Shown here in pieces: positions 27,194-37,461 of a stretch of DNA of 64,000 nt; position 1 is the first letter of the stretch; each line of letters begins with the position of its first letter. The position numbers and the translations under genes are program-made. The notes under the pieces were generated by a model that ran no database searches, was not told the DNA's origin, and saw only the letters and a list, made by a program, of their open reading frames with translations. This DNA is from Nitrospirota bacterium. GTDB taxonomy: Bacteria > Nitrospirota > UBA9217. The stretch is from contig CAWBNQ010000003.1 in NCBI GenBank assembly GCA_963790205.1, positions 864,001-928,000 of the forward strand, written 5' to 3'.

Positions 27194-27927
27194 ATGGATT
27201 GGCTTCTTGACCCCCAAGCATGGATTGCGCTCCTGACGCTTACGGCACTGGAGATCGTTCTCGGTGTCGACAATATCATTTTTATTTCCATCCTTGTGGG
27301 AAAATTGCCGCAACGACAGCAGAGCAAGGCGCGAGTTCTGGGGCTTGGGCTCGCTATGCTCACCCGCATCGCCCTCCTGTTGGCCATTGTGTGGGTGATG
27401 AAGCTGACGGCGCCGCTCTTCAACGCTTTTTCTCGGGAAATTTCCGGCCGGGACATCATCCTGATCACCGGCGGCCTGTTTCTGCTCTGGAAAAGCACCA
27501 TTGAAATTCATGACAGCCTCGAAGGCGCGGCCGGAGAAAAAAAGGGAGGGTGGTCGCCGGGTTCGGCGCCGTCCTGGCGCAGATCGCGATCCTCGACATC
27601 GTTTTTTCGCTCGATTCAGTGATTACGGCCGTCGGATTGGCGAGTGAGGTCGCGGTGATGATCATCGCCATTGTTCTTGCCGTGATCGTGATGATGTTTT
27701 CAGCCGGGGCCATCGGCGCTTTCGTTGACAAGCATCCCGCCATCAAGATGCTCGCCCTGAGCTTTCTCGTCCTTATCGGAGTCACCCTGATCGCGGAGGG
27801 CTTCGGGCTCCATGTCCCGCAGGGCTACGTCTATTTCGCCATTGCATTCTCCGTTGCCGTAGAACTGCTGAACATGAAGGTCCGAAAGAATGCCCGCCCG
27901 GTGAAGCTCCACAAGTCAGTTGACTGA
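27194..27927 (+). pseudogene. TerC-family membrane protein, split by frameshift at A7 run
   Basis: LEIVLGVDN in frame 1; DIVFSLDSVITAVG in second frame; break at 27537-27544. Confidence 0.85.
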
Positions 27928-27937
27928 TTCCGGGGTA

Positions 27938-28888
27938 ATGATGTCCACTAAAAAACCTATCCTTATTATTGCCGGGCCGACGGCCGTTGGCAAGACCGAT
28001 GCCTCCATTCTCCTGGCCCAGGAACTCGGGGCGGAGATCGTGAGCGCTGACTCCATGCAGATCTATCGCGGGATGGACATCGGCACGGCCAAACCCACCA
28101 AAGCGCAGCGGAAGCTCATTTATCACCATATGATCGACATCGCGGAGCCGGACCAGCCCTACAGTGTCGGTGACTATCTCCGAGACGCGCGGACGTCGAT
28201 CGACGGCATTATTTCATCGGGCGGGATTCCCATCGTTGTCGGCGGGACCGGGCTTTACCTACGCGCGCTCACACGAGGACTCTTTCACGGCCCGCCGGCA
28301 GACCTCGAACTGCGCGAGCGGTTGCTTCAGCGGGAGTCCGAGGGCGAGCCGGGCGGACTTTATTCTGAGCTGGTGAAAGTCGATCCCGAGTCGGCGATCA
28401 AGATACACCCAAACGATCTCCGGCGCACGGTCAGGGCACTTGAGGTGTTTTACCTCAGAGACCGGAAACTATCCGAGTATCAGCGCGAACACGGATTTAA
28501 GGACAGGCTGTATGCTTTTCGTTTCCTCTTTCTCGTACGAAGCAGGAGCGAACTCTATCCCAGGATCGAGCAGCGCGTGGACCAGATGCTCGAGGAGGGC
28601 CTCGAAGCGGAAGTGAGGGCGCTGATGGAACGGGGGTACCGTCCGGATAGTTCCTCCATGCAGGGGCTTGGGTATAAGCACTTCTTCGATCATTTTCTCG
28701 GCAAGACGACGCGGGACGAGGCTGTGACGCTGCTCAAACGCGATACCAAGCGTTATGCCAAGCGCCAGTTCACCTGGTTCCGGCGAGAGCCCGCGGCGAT
28801 CTGGGTGGACATCACCGGCCTCTCAAAAACAGGAGAAATTGTGCAGCGTATAAAGAAAAACATTGAAATTTCAAATAAGTTGGTATAA
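27938..28888 (+). CDS. miaA: tRNA dimethylallyltransferase
   Basis: [35 protein letters not shown]; upstream of hfq. Confidence 0.96.
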   Translation: MMSTKKPILIIAGPTAVGKTDASILLAQELGAEIVSADSMQIYRGMDIGTAKPTKAQRKLIYHHMIDIAEPDQPYSVGDYLRDARTSIDGIISSGGIPIVVGGTGLYLRALTRGLFHGPPADLELRERLLQRESEGEPGGLYSELVKVDPESAIKIHPNDLRRTVRALEVFYLRDRKLSEYQREHGFKDRLYAFRFLFLVRSRSELYPRIEQRVDQMLEEGLEAEVRALMERGYRPDSSSMQGLGYKHFFDHFLGKTTRDEAVTLLKRDTKRYAKRQFTWFRREPAAIWVDITGLSKTGEIVQRIKKNIEISNKLV

Positions 28889-28958
28889 AATCAAAAAAAT
28901 ATTTGGTTTGAAGCAGGAGCAGATTTTGCTGCTCTTGCCGCTGCTTCACGGAGGGTGG

Positions 28959-29225
28959 ATGGGAAAGTCGCAGGTGAATCTTCAGGACATATTCTTGAAC
29001 CAGATGCGCAAGGAAAAGATCCCGGTAACCATGTATCTCGTGAATGGCGCGAGACTCACGGGAACGATCAAGGGATTCGACAACTTCGTGATTCTCATGA
29101 AGCAGGAAAATCAGCAGCTCGTGTATAAACATGCCATCTCCACCATCATCCCGGAAAAACCCGTGGAAATCCTGGAGCCCCTAGAAGTGAAGAAGCCCGA
29201 ACAGGAGCAGCCAGCGCAAGGGTAG
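28959..29225 (+). CDS. hfq: RNA chaperone Hfq
   Basis: [25 protein letters not shown]. Confidence 0.97.
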   Translation: MGKSQVNLQDIFLNQMRKEKIPVTMYLVNGARLTGTIKGFDNFVILMKQENQQLVYKHAISTIIPEKPVEILEPLEVKKPEQEQPAQG

Positions 29226-29384
29226 GTCGAAAGCGGATTTTACCTGCTCTTGCGATAACGCGGGTACAAGCGGATTGCGGAACGCGGAATAAAAATCGAG
29301 AACCGCAGGAATAAGAGTGCGGATGCCTTCATCGACTCCGTCTCTAAAAATGCGCTTCTTCAGTTTATTAAGGAATAATCAAGA

Positions 29385-30275
29385 ATGGCGAAGCGGAGTG
29401 CGAAGACGGACACAATAAGCATCGGCGTGATCGGCGGCAGCGGTTTGTACGAAATGGACGGGCTAACGCAGGTCAAAACCGTAAAGATCGCGACGCCCTT
29501 CGGTAAGCCTTCGGATGATTACATCATCGGCATTCTTCACGGCAAACGGGTGGCATTCCTTCCCCGACATGGCCGTGGTCACCGCCTCCTTCCCACGGAC
29601 ATCAATTACCGGGCAAACATCTACGGCATGAAAAAGCTCGGCGTGGAACGCATCATCTCGGTCAGCGCCGTGGGCAGCATGAAGGAAGAAATCAAACCGG
29701 GCGATATCGTTATCCCGGACCAGTTCTACGATCATACGAAACACCGGCGAAGCACTTTTTTCGGGAACGGTGTCGTCGCACACGTGGGGATGGCCGATCC
29801 GGTCTGCGCCGGGCTGTGCAAGGTATTGATAGAGGCGGGGAGGCACGTCGGGGCCGCAATCCACCGGGACGGGACCTATCTCTGCATGGAAGGACCGCAG
29901 TTCTCGACGAAGGCAGAGTCGCTCACCTACCGCACATGGAACGTGGACGTGATCGGCATGACGAACGCAACCGAGGCCAAGCTTGCCCGCGAAGCCGAAA
30001 TCTGCTACAGCACGATCGCCCTGGCAACGGACTATGACTGCTGGCACCATAGCGAAGAACCGGTAACCGTCGAGGCCGTGCTCGCCGTTATGAAACACAA
30101 CATAGAGACGTCGAAATCAATGATCCGCGAGGCCGTGCGCAGGCTGACGGGACCCCGGGGCTGCAGGTGCGGAGAAGCGCTCCGGAATACGATCATGACG
30201 CCGGAAAAGATGATCCCGGCAAAGACGAAGAAAGACCTCGCGCCGATCATCGGGAAGTACATGAAAAAGATATAA
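29385..30275 (+). CDS. mtnP: S-methyl-5'-thioadenosine phosphorylase
   Basis: IGGSG, RHG.GH, EGPQFST.AES, GMT, TDYDCW. Confidence 0.93.
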   Translation: MAKRSAKTDTISIGVIGGSGLYEMDGLTQVKTVKIATPFGKPSDDYIIGILHGKRVAFLPRHGRGHRLLPTDINYRANIYGMKKLGVERIISVSAVGSMKEEIKPGDIVIPDQFYDHTKHRRSTFFGNGVVAHVGMADPVCAGLCKVLIEAGRHVGAAIHRDGTYLCMEGPQFSTKAESLTYRTWNVDVIGMTNATEAKLAREAEICYSTIALATDYDCWHHSEEPVTVEAVLAVMKHNIETSKSMIREAVRRLTGPRGCRCGEALRNTIMTPEKMIPAKTKKDLAPIIGKYMKKI

Positions 30276-30280
30276 CAAAT

Positions 30281-30367
30281 TTTACCACAGAGATCGCAGA
30301 AGGAATCCTTCAGCAAATAATATTTCAGCTCGTATGACTTTTTTGATGTTCTCTGTACTCCCTGTGA
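30281..30367. repeat. Inverted ~9-mer element (ACCACAGAG type)
   Basis: accacagagatcgcagaag ... ttctctgtactccctgtg. Confidence 0.6.
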
Positions 30368-30396
30368 TGAATGAGTTTTATTTTTTGGAGGTTTGC

Positions 30397-31305
30397 GTGA
30401 GTCTGCTCGTTGTCGGTACGGTAGCCCTCGATTCGGTCAAAACGCCTTTCGGGAAGGTTGATAATGCACTCGGCGGTTCAGCCACCTATTTTTCCACCTC
30501 TGCCAGTTATTTCACCGATGTGCGGCTCGTGGCCGTAATAGGCGAGGACTTCCCCCGGGAACATATACAGTTTCTCAAGAGCAAGAACATTGACACGCGC
30601 GGTCTTGAAGTCCAGAAGGGAGAAACCTTCCGCTGGAAAGGCGAGTACGGGTATGATCTGAATGAGGCCCATACGCTCGCCACGCACCTGAATGTCCTGG
30701 CGACGTTCAAGCCGGCAATTGTCGAGGACTACAAGAACACCGATGTCGTGTTTCTGGCGAATGTGGACCCGGAGATACAACTGGACGTCCTCAGGCAGGT
30801 CAAGAAGCCTCAGTTGGTAGCCTGCGATACGATGAACTACTGGATATCGAGCAAACCCGAGGCCCTTAAACGAACGCTGAAAGAAGTAAATCTGCTGACC
30901 ATCAATGAAGCGGAGATCAGGCAGCTTGCCGGCGAAGCCAGCCTGGTCAAAGCCGCAAAGATCGTGCAGGCCATGGGACCGAAGACGCTCGTTGTGAAGC
31001 AGGGGAGTTACGGCGCGCTCATGTTCAACGGCCACAGCGTTTTCAGCGCGCCCGCGTATCCACTGGAGTCCGTATTCGATCCCACGGGCGCCGGGGACAC
31101 GTTCGCGGGCGGCTTCATGGGTTATCTTGCCAGCACCATGAACTTTTCCGAAGAGAGCATGAGAAAGGCCGTTGTTTTCGGCAGCGTCATGGCGTCTCTG
31201 AACGTAGAGGCCTTCAGCCTCGACCGGCTCAGGAGTCTGGACTACAAGGAGATCGAGGGAAGATACAGGGAGTTCAAGCGCCTTACACACTTTGAAGATA
31301 TATAA
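30397..31305 (+). CDS. PfkB-family carbohydrate/nucleoside kinase
   Basis: GGSA, DPTGAGDTFAGG; GGAGG RBS before GTG. Confidence 0.9.
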   Translation: MSLLVVGTVALDSVKTPFGKVDNALGGSATYFSTSASYFTDVRLVAVIGEDFPREHIQFLKSKNIDTRGLEVQKGETFRWKGEYGYDLNEAHTLATHLNVLATFKPAIVEDYKNTDVVFLANVDPEIQLDVLRQVKKPQLVACDTMNYWISSKPEALKRTLKEVNLLTINEAEIRQLAGEASLVKAAKIVQAMGPKTLVVKQGSYGALMFNGHSVFSAPAYPLESVFDPTGAGDTFAGGFMGYLASTMNFSEESMRKAVVFGSVMASLNVEAFSLDRLRSLDYKEIEGRYREFKRLTHFEDI

Positions 31306-31311
31306 TTTACT

Positions 31312-31378
31312 GCAAATCCTGACATCGAATAACGAAATTCTAAATGTTTAGGATTTAGAGCTTCGTATTGAGAACTTG
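31312..31378. repeat. Degenerate inverted heptamer element
   Basis: gcaaatc ctgacat cgaataa cgaaatt ctaaa / tttagga tttagag cttcgta ttgagaa. Confidence 0.55.
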
Positions 31379-31388
31379 CATCCCATTT

Positions 31389-32240
31389 ATGTTTACCATC
31401 GATACCAATATAGCTGATCTGAAAATCAAAGAGCGGAACCTGCACAAGGTGCTCTTCTCCGTGAACATTCATCAGGTTGCCACGCCGGAACTGAACGCTG
31501 AGGACGCCAAAAGTTACATTTTCTTCTTCCGGGAAGGCGGTAGGTATCTGTCCTATATCGGTCTCCACTTCCTTTATACCGACCGTAAGATGTATTACAG
31601 CTATTCCGCGAATCCCTTCGCCGAGAGCGAGTTACCGGCTGTCGAGGACGAGGCGCGGAGTTTTACCGAGGACATGGGCGCGATGCTGGATGAATTAGGC
31701 CTCGCAAAAATGTCCGATATGGAAAAAGACCGCTGGATAGATGAACAGGACATATTTTCCTTAAAGAAGAAGGCGGACGAGCAACCGGCAGCTGCAGGTG
31801 TCGCTCAACACCGGCAAGCAGAAGAATCAGCGCCTGCCGTGCAGCCGGCCCCTGCTCCACAGCCTGCGCCTGCGGTCCAGTCCGCACCACCGGAAAAGAG
31901 CGCGCCGGTCCAACAGACGCCTGTCCCGCTGCCTGGACCTCTCGTGCCATCGATGCCGGACCCAGGAACCGCTCCCGCCGGTCAATCCAAGGTCGAGGCG
32001 ACTGTGCAGTCACCGCCGCCGTCTCGTCCCCAGAAAAAACAGGCGGCTGCACCGCGCCAGCCTGCGGATCGGCCGAAGACCTCCGGCCCGCAACCCTTTG
32101 TGGATGACGTCATGGAACAGGCTGTAAAGGCCGGCATTGTAAAAGCGCCGAAGCAGCCGCTCAAGAAAGATATTCGCAGTTCCTCCGGCGTCACGAGCAG
32201 GGATAAAGAAGCCCTTGCGCGCCTTTTGGCTTCGTTTTGA
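31389..32240 (+). CDS. Hypothetical protein with Pro/Ala/Gln-rich linker
   Basis: Long ORF; globular N-terminus, low-complexity linker, terminal ALARLLASF; upstream of PilF-like gene. Confidence 0.7.
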   Translation: MFTIDTNIADLKIKERNLHKVLFSVNIHQVATPELNAEDAKSYIFFFREGGRYLSYIGLHFLYTDRKMYYSYSANPFAESELPAVEDEARSFTEDMGAMLDELGLAKMSDMEKDRWIDEQDIFSLKKKADEQPAAAGVAQHRQAEESAPAVQPAPAPQPAPAVQSAPPEKSAPVQQTPVPLPGPLVPSMPDPGTAPAGQSKVEATVQSPPPSRPQKKQAAAPRQPADRPKTSGPQPFVDDVMEQAVKAGIVKAPKQPLKKDIRSSSGVTSRDKEALARLLASF

Positions 32241-32254
32241 AAGGAGCGTTGTCC

Positions 32255-32998
32255 ATGAAACGATTTTCAATTATTATGCTTCTCTTCCTAACGGGGTGCG
32301 CGACCACCTCGGGACCGCCTGTAGACAAGTCCAAAATGGCGGAAGGGTATTATTTAAAAGGGATTTCACTTTTTCAGGCGAAAAATTATGAGCTTGCGTC
32401 TGTTGAATTTAACCGTTCTCTTCAGACAGACAACAACTACAAACAGTCCTATTATATGCTCGGCATCATCAGCTCGGACCAGGGAAAGCTGGATGACGCT
32501 GTAAAATATTACAAAGAAGCCATCGACAGAGACCCTAACTATTCCGAGGCGTACAACGCACTCGGGACCGTGTATTCCAGACAACAAAAATGGAAAGAGG
32601 CGCTTAAGTATTTCAAAAAAGCCCTGGAAAACAAGCTCTACCCCACTCCTCACGTGCCTTACCTTAATATCGGACGCCTGTACATGGCGCAGAAAGACTA
32701 TAATAAGGCTGTGGACGCCTATCGTGAAGCAAAACGGTACGCAAATCAGGATTTTATTATTTATGAGCTGGGCACGGCCCTGTTCGAGGCCGGGAGAATT
32801 AAAGAGGCGCTGCACGAGTTCCAGGAGGGAGTGGGGCTTGCGCCGCAGAATGCAAATTTACGGTACAGTTTAGCGCTTGCTCTCTTGAAGGACGGCAACA
32901 AAAAAGCCGCTCTTGCCGAGTTTAAAAAGACGTCTGAACTTGCTCCGGGGAGTGACGTCGCGCTAAAGGCAAAAGATTATATACGAACCCTGAGGTGA
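32255..32998 (+). CDS. TPR lipoprotein (PilF/PilW/Tgl-like)
   Basis: Lipobox LTGC; multiple TPRs; ALENKLYPTP; precedes RodZ-like gene. Confidence 0.8.
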   Translation: MKRFSIIMLLFLTGCATTSGPPVDKSKMAEGYYLKGISLFQAKNYELASVEFNRSLQTDNNYKQSYYMLGIISSDQGKLDDAVKYYKEAIDRDPNYSEAYNALGTVYSRQQKWKEALKYFKKALENKLYPTPHVPYLNIGRLYMAQKDYNKAVDAYREAKRYANQDFIIYELGTALFEAGRIKEALHEFQEGVGLAPQNANLRYSLALALLKDGNKKAALAEFKKTSELAPGSDVALKAKDYIRTLR

Positions 32999-33951
32999 TG
33001 GTAATGGGGACATTAGGGCAGTATTTGCTCAACGCACGGCTGGTCAAGAACATAGATTTACGTGATGCAGCGCAACAGACCCGTATCAGCATTCAATACC
33101 TGAAGGCCCTGGAAAATGAGGATTTTTCGAAACTTCCCGGTGAAGTGTTCGTGAAGGGTTTTCTCAAGAGTTACGGCCGCTTTTTAAACCTCGACGAATC
33201 CGAGGTGATGAAGAAATACGCGCAGCTCAAGCCCCACCCGGCGTCTCCTTCGACCCCCACTCCGAACGCAGACAATGCCGTTGTGCCCGGCGAACGCGCG
33301 GAGACCCCGAAGGAAACTCCTATCGAGCCCTTTGTGTGGGGCGCCGTAATCCTCATATTGCTCCTGGTTTTCCTGTTCTCTTCTCTGCCTTCGAGGCTCT
33401 CAAAAAATGGTCAGCAACCGGCCGGTTCTGCCGTCCCGGCTGTCTTGTCTCGGGAAACCGCGTCGTCCCAGGGCGTAAAACCGGAAAAGCTGTATCTCGA
33501 AGTCATTGCAATCGAAGATACCTGGCTCCTGGTCAGGACCGATGACAGCCCGCAGAAAAAGGCCGTGCTCAAACGGGGCGAAAGTCTTACCTGGAGCGCC
33601 GATGAGAGGTTCTTGCTCAGCTATGGACGTAGTGGAGCTTTAAAACTTGTCCTGAACGGCGGAGAACTTACGGTAAACGGGACGAAAGATGCCGTGGTCA
33701 GAGACCTCGTCATCACCCGTGCCGGCGTTCTGAACCAGCCTGCTCCGGTGAGACAGGCCAGGCCGATGAAGCCGAAGCCGCAGCCTGTGGCCGGACCTCA
33801 GCAATCACAGCCTCAGCAATCACAGCCTCAACAATCACAGCCTCAACAACCACAACTACAGGGCAAGCAAAAACCCGTGGTCCCCCAGACGCCACCGCCT
33901 CCTGCGCCGGTACAAGCTGATCCCCTGGCGCCCTTGAAGCCCGCAGAATAA
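32998..33951 (+). CDS. RodZ-like HTH membrane protein (DUF4115-type C-terminus)
   Basis: LGQYL..AR...TRI...YLKALE..DF..LPG.VFVKGF.KSY, single TM. Confidence 0.85.
   Translation: MVMGTLGQYLLNARLVKNIDLRDAAQQTRISIQYLKALENEDFSKLPGEVFVKGFLKSYGRFLNLDESEVMKKYAQLKPHPASPSTPTPNADNAVVPGERAETPKETPIEPFVWGAVILILLLVFLFSSLPSRLSKNGQQPAGSAVPAVLSRETASSQGVKPEKLYLEVIAIEDTWLLVRTDDSPQKKAVLKRGESLTWSADERFLLSYGRSGALKLVLNGGELTVNGTKDAVVRDLVITRAGVLNQPAPVRQARPMKPKPQPVAGPQQSQPQQSQPQQSQPQQPQLQGKQKPVVPQTPPPPAPVQADPLAPLKPAE
33796..33855 (+). repeat. 15-bp tandem repeat x4 encoding PQQSQ
   Basis: cctcagcaatcacag x2, cctcaacaatcacag, cctcaacaaccacaa. Confidence 0.9.
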
Positions 33952-34062
33952 CGAGAGAGAAGAATCGGAGAGGACGGATGTCTCGCTCTCGCTAAAGAGA
34001 AGAGGTGATTTGCCCGGTTGGGGCAGGGCTGAATTACTCTTTTCGGAATATGATTATTGTTA

Positions 34063-34542
34063 CTAAGGCCCGGACCTGTTTGAGGAACCGGGCACTTTTT
34101 TATTCGTCTCCGTCAATCCCATCCTCCCGACATGCGTTCCCATCCAATACACCCTTTTACAGGTCATGCACTGTAAAAACGTCTCATGCTTTTCGTAGAC
34201 ATAGAACGGCACGAGGTCCTTTACTTTTTTTCGGGAAATTGCGGCGAGCGGTTCATTGCATACGGAACAGCGGGTGAGGGGCTGCGGAAGCACGCTTCGT
34301 GGAAAAGCGGCAAGGACTTGCCGCATTTGCGCGCGGCTATCGTCGTTGGTAATCAAGAGGTGGTTGGCTGCCAGGGGACGTTCGGCAAGGGCGGTATCCC
34401 GCGTCAGGATTACCCGGTCCTGCTCGAGAGAAAGGCGGATAACTTCGTTGTCATCGTTCGTCCTGTCATAGAGGACGTCGAATCCGAGCAGTCTCATCCG
34501 CTTCGCGAGCCTGCCCAGCATGACATCGGCGATGAATTTCAT
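34063..34542 (-). CDS. Mut7-C (PIN-like) RNase domain protein
   Basis: MKFIADVMLGRLAK..R..G.D, LTRD, RC..CN, C..C..VYW.GTH. Confidence 0.9.
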   Translation of the reverse strand: MKFIADVMLGRLAKRMRLLGFDVLYDRTNDDNEVIRLSLEQDRVILTRDTALAERPLAANHLLITNDDSRAQMRQVLAAFPRSVLPQPLTRCSVCNEPLAAISRKKVKDLVPFYVYEKHETFLQCMTCKRVYWMGTHVGRMGLTETNKKVPGSSNRSGP

Positions 34543-34547
34543 AAAAG

Positions 34548-34632
34548 CGAGTAGGCAGTAGGCGGTAGGCAGTAGTCAGGGGTATGACAGGTTTAAGCAT
34601 TCCCTGTATGCTGTCTACTGTATATCGTATAC
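34548..34632. repeat. Inverted heptamer element (GCAGTAG / CTACTG)
   Basis: gagtagg cagtagg cggtagg cagtag ... ctgtcta ctgtata. Confidence 0.7.
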
Positions 34633-37074
34633 TTACGAAAATCTTCTCAATCTTAACGAGTTCGACACCACGCTCACCGAGCTGAAGGCCATGGCCGCCG
34701 AAGCGTACATGGGATTCAGAAGCCCAGCGGTTCCCAGAAAAGGGTAAAGCGCTCCCGCCGCCACGGGGATCCCGATCACGTTATAGAAGAAGGCCCAGAA
34801 CAGGTTCATCTTGATCGTCTGCATGGTCCGGCGGGAAAGGCGCATAGCGGCAGCCACCACGCGCAGGTCGTCCTTGAGCAGGGTGACGTCCGAGGCCTCG
34901 ATGGCCACATCCGTGCCGGTGCCGATGGCGATGCCCACATCAGCCTGGGTAAGGGCGGGAGCGTCGTTGATGCCGTCGCCGACCATGGCCACGACGCGGC
35001 CCTCGGCCTGCAGGATCTTTATTGTCTCCATTTTGTCCTCGGGAAGCACCTCGGCAAGGACGCGGGTGATGCCGAGCTCTTCGGCGATGGCCTGGGCCGT
35101 GCGGCGGTTGTCTCCGGTGAGCATGACGACCTCGATCCCGAGCGCTGTGAGCCCGATCACGGCCTCTTTTGAATGTTCTTTGATCGTGTCCGCGACCGCG
35201 ATGACGCCGGCGGCCTTATTATCAATCGCAACGAACATGGGAGTTTTGCCGCGGGAAGAGAACTGCTCCGCCCTGGCATGGAACATTCCGAAGTCAATAT
35301 GTCTCTCCGACATCAACCGCTCATTGCCGACTATCACCTCTTTGCCTTGGAGCGCTGCCCTGATCCCATGGCCCGGGAGCGCTTCGAATTCGTCCACCTG
35401 CTCAGGCCTGATCCCTTTTTCGAGCGCCCCGCGCACGATCGCTTCGCCGAGCGGGTGTTCGGATCCTTTTTCCGCGGACCCTGCGAAGAAAAGGAGCTCC
35501 TGTTCGCTCATGGTGTTCCGGATAACATCCGTCATTGTCGGCTCGCCGCGCGTGAGCGTGCCGGTCTTGTCGAGCACGACCGTATCGATCTTCTGGGCCC
35601 GTTCGAGGCTTTCCGCGTTCTTGAACAGGATGCCCTGCTCGGCGCCTTTTCCGGTCCCGACCATGATCGCCGTCGGCGTTGCCAGACCCATTGCGCAGGG
35701 GCAGGCGATGATCAACACGGCGATGAAATTGACGAGCGCGAAGGTAAATTTTGTCTCTGCGGGGCCGAAGAAATACCAGAGGCCGAAGGTTATGATCCCC
35801 AGGCCGATGACGGTGGGGACGAAAATACTCGAGATGTAATCCGCGAGACGCTGGATGGGCGCCTTGGAGCCTTGGGCCTCCTGCACCATGCGGATGATCT
35901 GGGAGAGCATCGTGTCTTTGCCGACCTTGGTGGCTTCGAAGGTAAACGTTCCGGTCCTGTTGATCGTCGCGCCGATGACCGGGTCCCCGTCTTTCTTGTC
36001 AACAGGCAGGCTCTCGCCGGTCAGCATGGATTCATCTATGGATGAATAGCCGTTCCGGATGACGCCATCCACGGGTATCTTTTCTCCCGGCCGCACGATG
36101 ATGAGCTCGCCTGATTCGACGTCTTCGATCGGGATGTCCAGCTCTTTGCCGTCGCGCATTACCCGCGCCGTGCGCGGCTGGAGCCCCATGAGCTTTTTGA
36201 TGGCCTCGCCCGCCCGTGTCTTGGCCCTGGCTTCGAGGTACTTGCCGAAGAGGATAAGGGTTATGATGACCGCCGCCGTATCATAGTAGGCGCCCCCGTG
36301 CGCCCCGTAGTGGCCCAGTGCCGAGGGGAAAAAGGTGAGTACGGCGCTATAGCCGTACGCGGCCGAGGTGCCCACGACCACGAGCGTGTTCATGTTCGTG
36401 CTGCCGTGTTTGAGCGACGCCCAGGCGTTCTGGTAGAAGTGTCTGCCCGCCCAGAACTGGACAGGCGTGCACAGGAGGAACAGGATGAGCCACATGGTCT
36501 GACGGGGGACGAGCGCGAAGAAGGGGAGCATGTCCTGAAAGCTGCCGATAAGCACGAGGGCCGAAAGCACGGCGCTCGTGATGAGCTTGGTCCGCAGTTC
36601 GGCAAGCTCTTTTTCACGGGCCTCTTTTTCGATGTCGAGCGCGGAGCGGCCTTCTGCCTGTTGGGGCAAACGGAACCCGGACTTTTCGATCGTCCTCCTG
36701 ATATCGCGCAGGCCTATCTGGCCGGGAACATATTCAACATCGACTGTCTCCGCACCCGCGTTGACGCGGGCCTTGAGGACGCCGTCGATCGCGGAAACAA
36801 TATGCTCAAGTTCCTGTGACCGTGACGCGTCAAGGTCGATGATCGGGATCGTCACCGTTTCCGTGACCGCCCGGTACCCGAGCTCATGAATGCTGGAGAT
36901 GAACTTGTCCAATCCGACGGAAGTGGGATCGAACTCGACGACTGCCTTTTCATTCGCATAGTTGACGTTCGCGCTTATCACGCCCGCGAGCTTTGAAATG
37001 TCCTTCTGGATGGCCGCCGCGCAGTTGACGCAGGTCATGCCTTTTACGGGGATGATTGCTTTTTTAGTTTCCAT
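34633..37074 (-). CDS. copA: Cu(I)-translocating P1B-type ATPase
   Basis: [36 protein letters not shown]. Confidence 0.93.
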   Translation of the reverse strand: METKKAIIPVKGMTCVNCAAAIQKDISKLAGVISANVNYANEKAVVEFDPTSVGLDKFISSIHELGYRAVTETVTIPIIDLDASRSQELEHIVSAIDGVLKARVNAGAETVDVEYVPGQIGLRDIRRTIEKSGFRLPQQAEGRSALDIEKEAREKELAELRTKLITSAVLSALVLIGSFQDMLPFFALVPRQTMWLILFLLCTPVQFWAGRHFYQNAWASLKHGSTNMNTLVVVGTSAAYGYSAVLTFFPSALGHYGAHGGAYYDTAAVIITLILFGKYLEARAKTRAGEAIKKLMGLQPRTARVMRDGKELDIPIEDVESGELIIVRPGEKIPVDGVIRNGYSSIDESMLTGESLPVDKKDGDPVIGATINRTGTFTFEATKVGKDTMLSQIIRMVQEAQGSKAPIQRLADYISSIFVPTVIGLGIITFGLWYFFGPAETKFTFALVNFIAVLIIACPCAMGLATPTAIMVGTGKGAEQGILFKNAESLERAQKIDTVVLDKTGTLTRGEPTMTDVIRNTMSEQELLFFAGSAEKGSEHPLGEAIVRGALEKGIRPEQVDEFEALPGHGIRAALQGKEVIVGNERLMSERHIDFGMFHARAEQFSSRGKTPMFVAIDNKAAGVIAVADTIKEHSKEAVIGLTALGIEVVMLTGDNRRTAQAIAEELGITRVLAEVLPEDKMETIKILQAEGRVVAMVGDGINDAPALTQADVGIAIGTGTDVAIEASDVTLLKDDLRVVAAAMRLSRRTMQTIKMNLFWAFFYNVIGIPVAAGALYPFLGTAGLLNPMYASAAMAFSSVSVVSNSLRLRRFS

Positions 37075-37461
37075 GGACGCATTTTACCACAAAGTCTGCC
37101 GGGGACAAAGGGGGAAGAGGGGGATACTTTTGGAATAAAACGGTTTTTGATTGTGAAGGGGTTAACGACGAAGATCTATGATATAAAGCCTGTCAGGTCA
37201 AAAGGCGCTCAAGTGAGTGCAAACTTCATCATAGGATCTTGCACTGTTAAACAGTGAGACCATCGATTGCTTCACCTTCAAACAGGCTTCAACAGATTGA
37301 AACTCTCACGATCGCTCTTCGGAACATTCACAAGAGCGGTCCATCGTTGATTGAGGTGCCCTGGATGTAATTTCTCCCTGCGAGCTCTCCAGCGGGAACC
37401 GGCGGTATCATGTGGACAAACTCAACTAAAAGAATGAACGTTGTTGCATGTGCAAGAAAGG

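Noticed and set aside
28863..28958. N-terminal extension of Hfq in the ORF track
   Set aside because: GGAGG RBS and family alignment support the start at 28959
37110..37460. Small gene or RNA between copA and the RND operon
   Set aside because: Only short ORFs without RBS or motifs; no convincing structure
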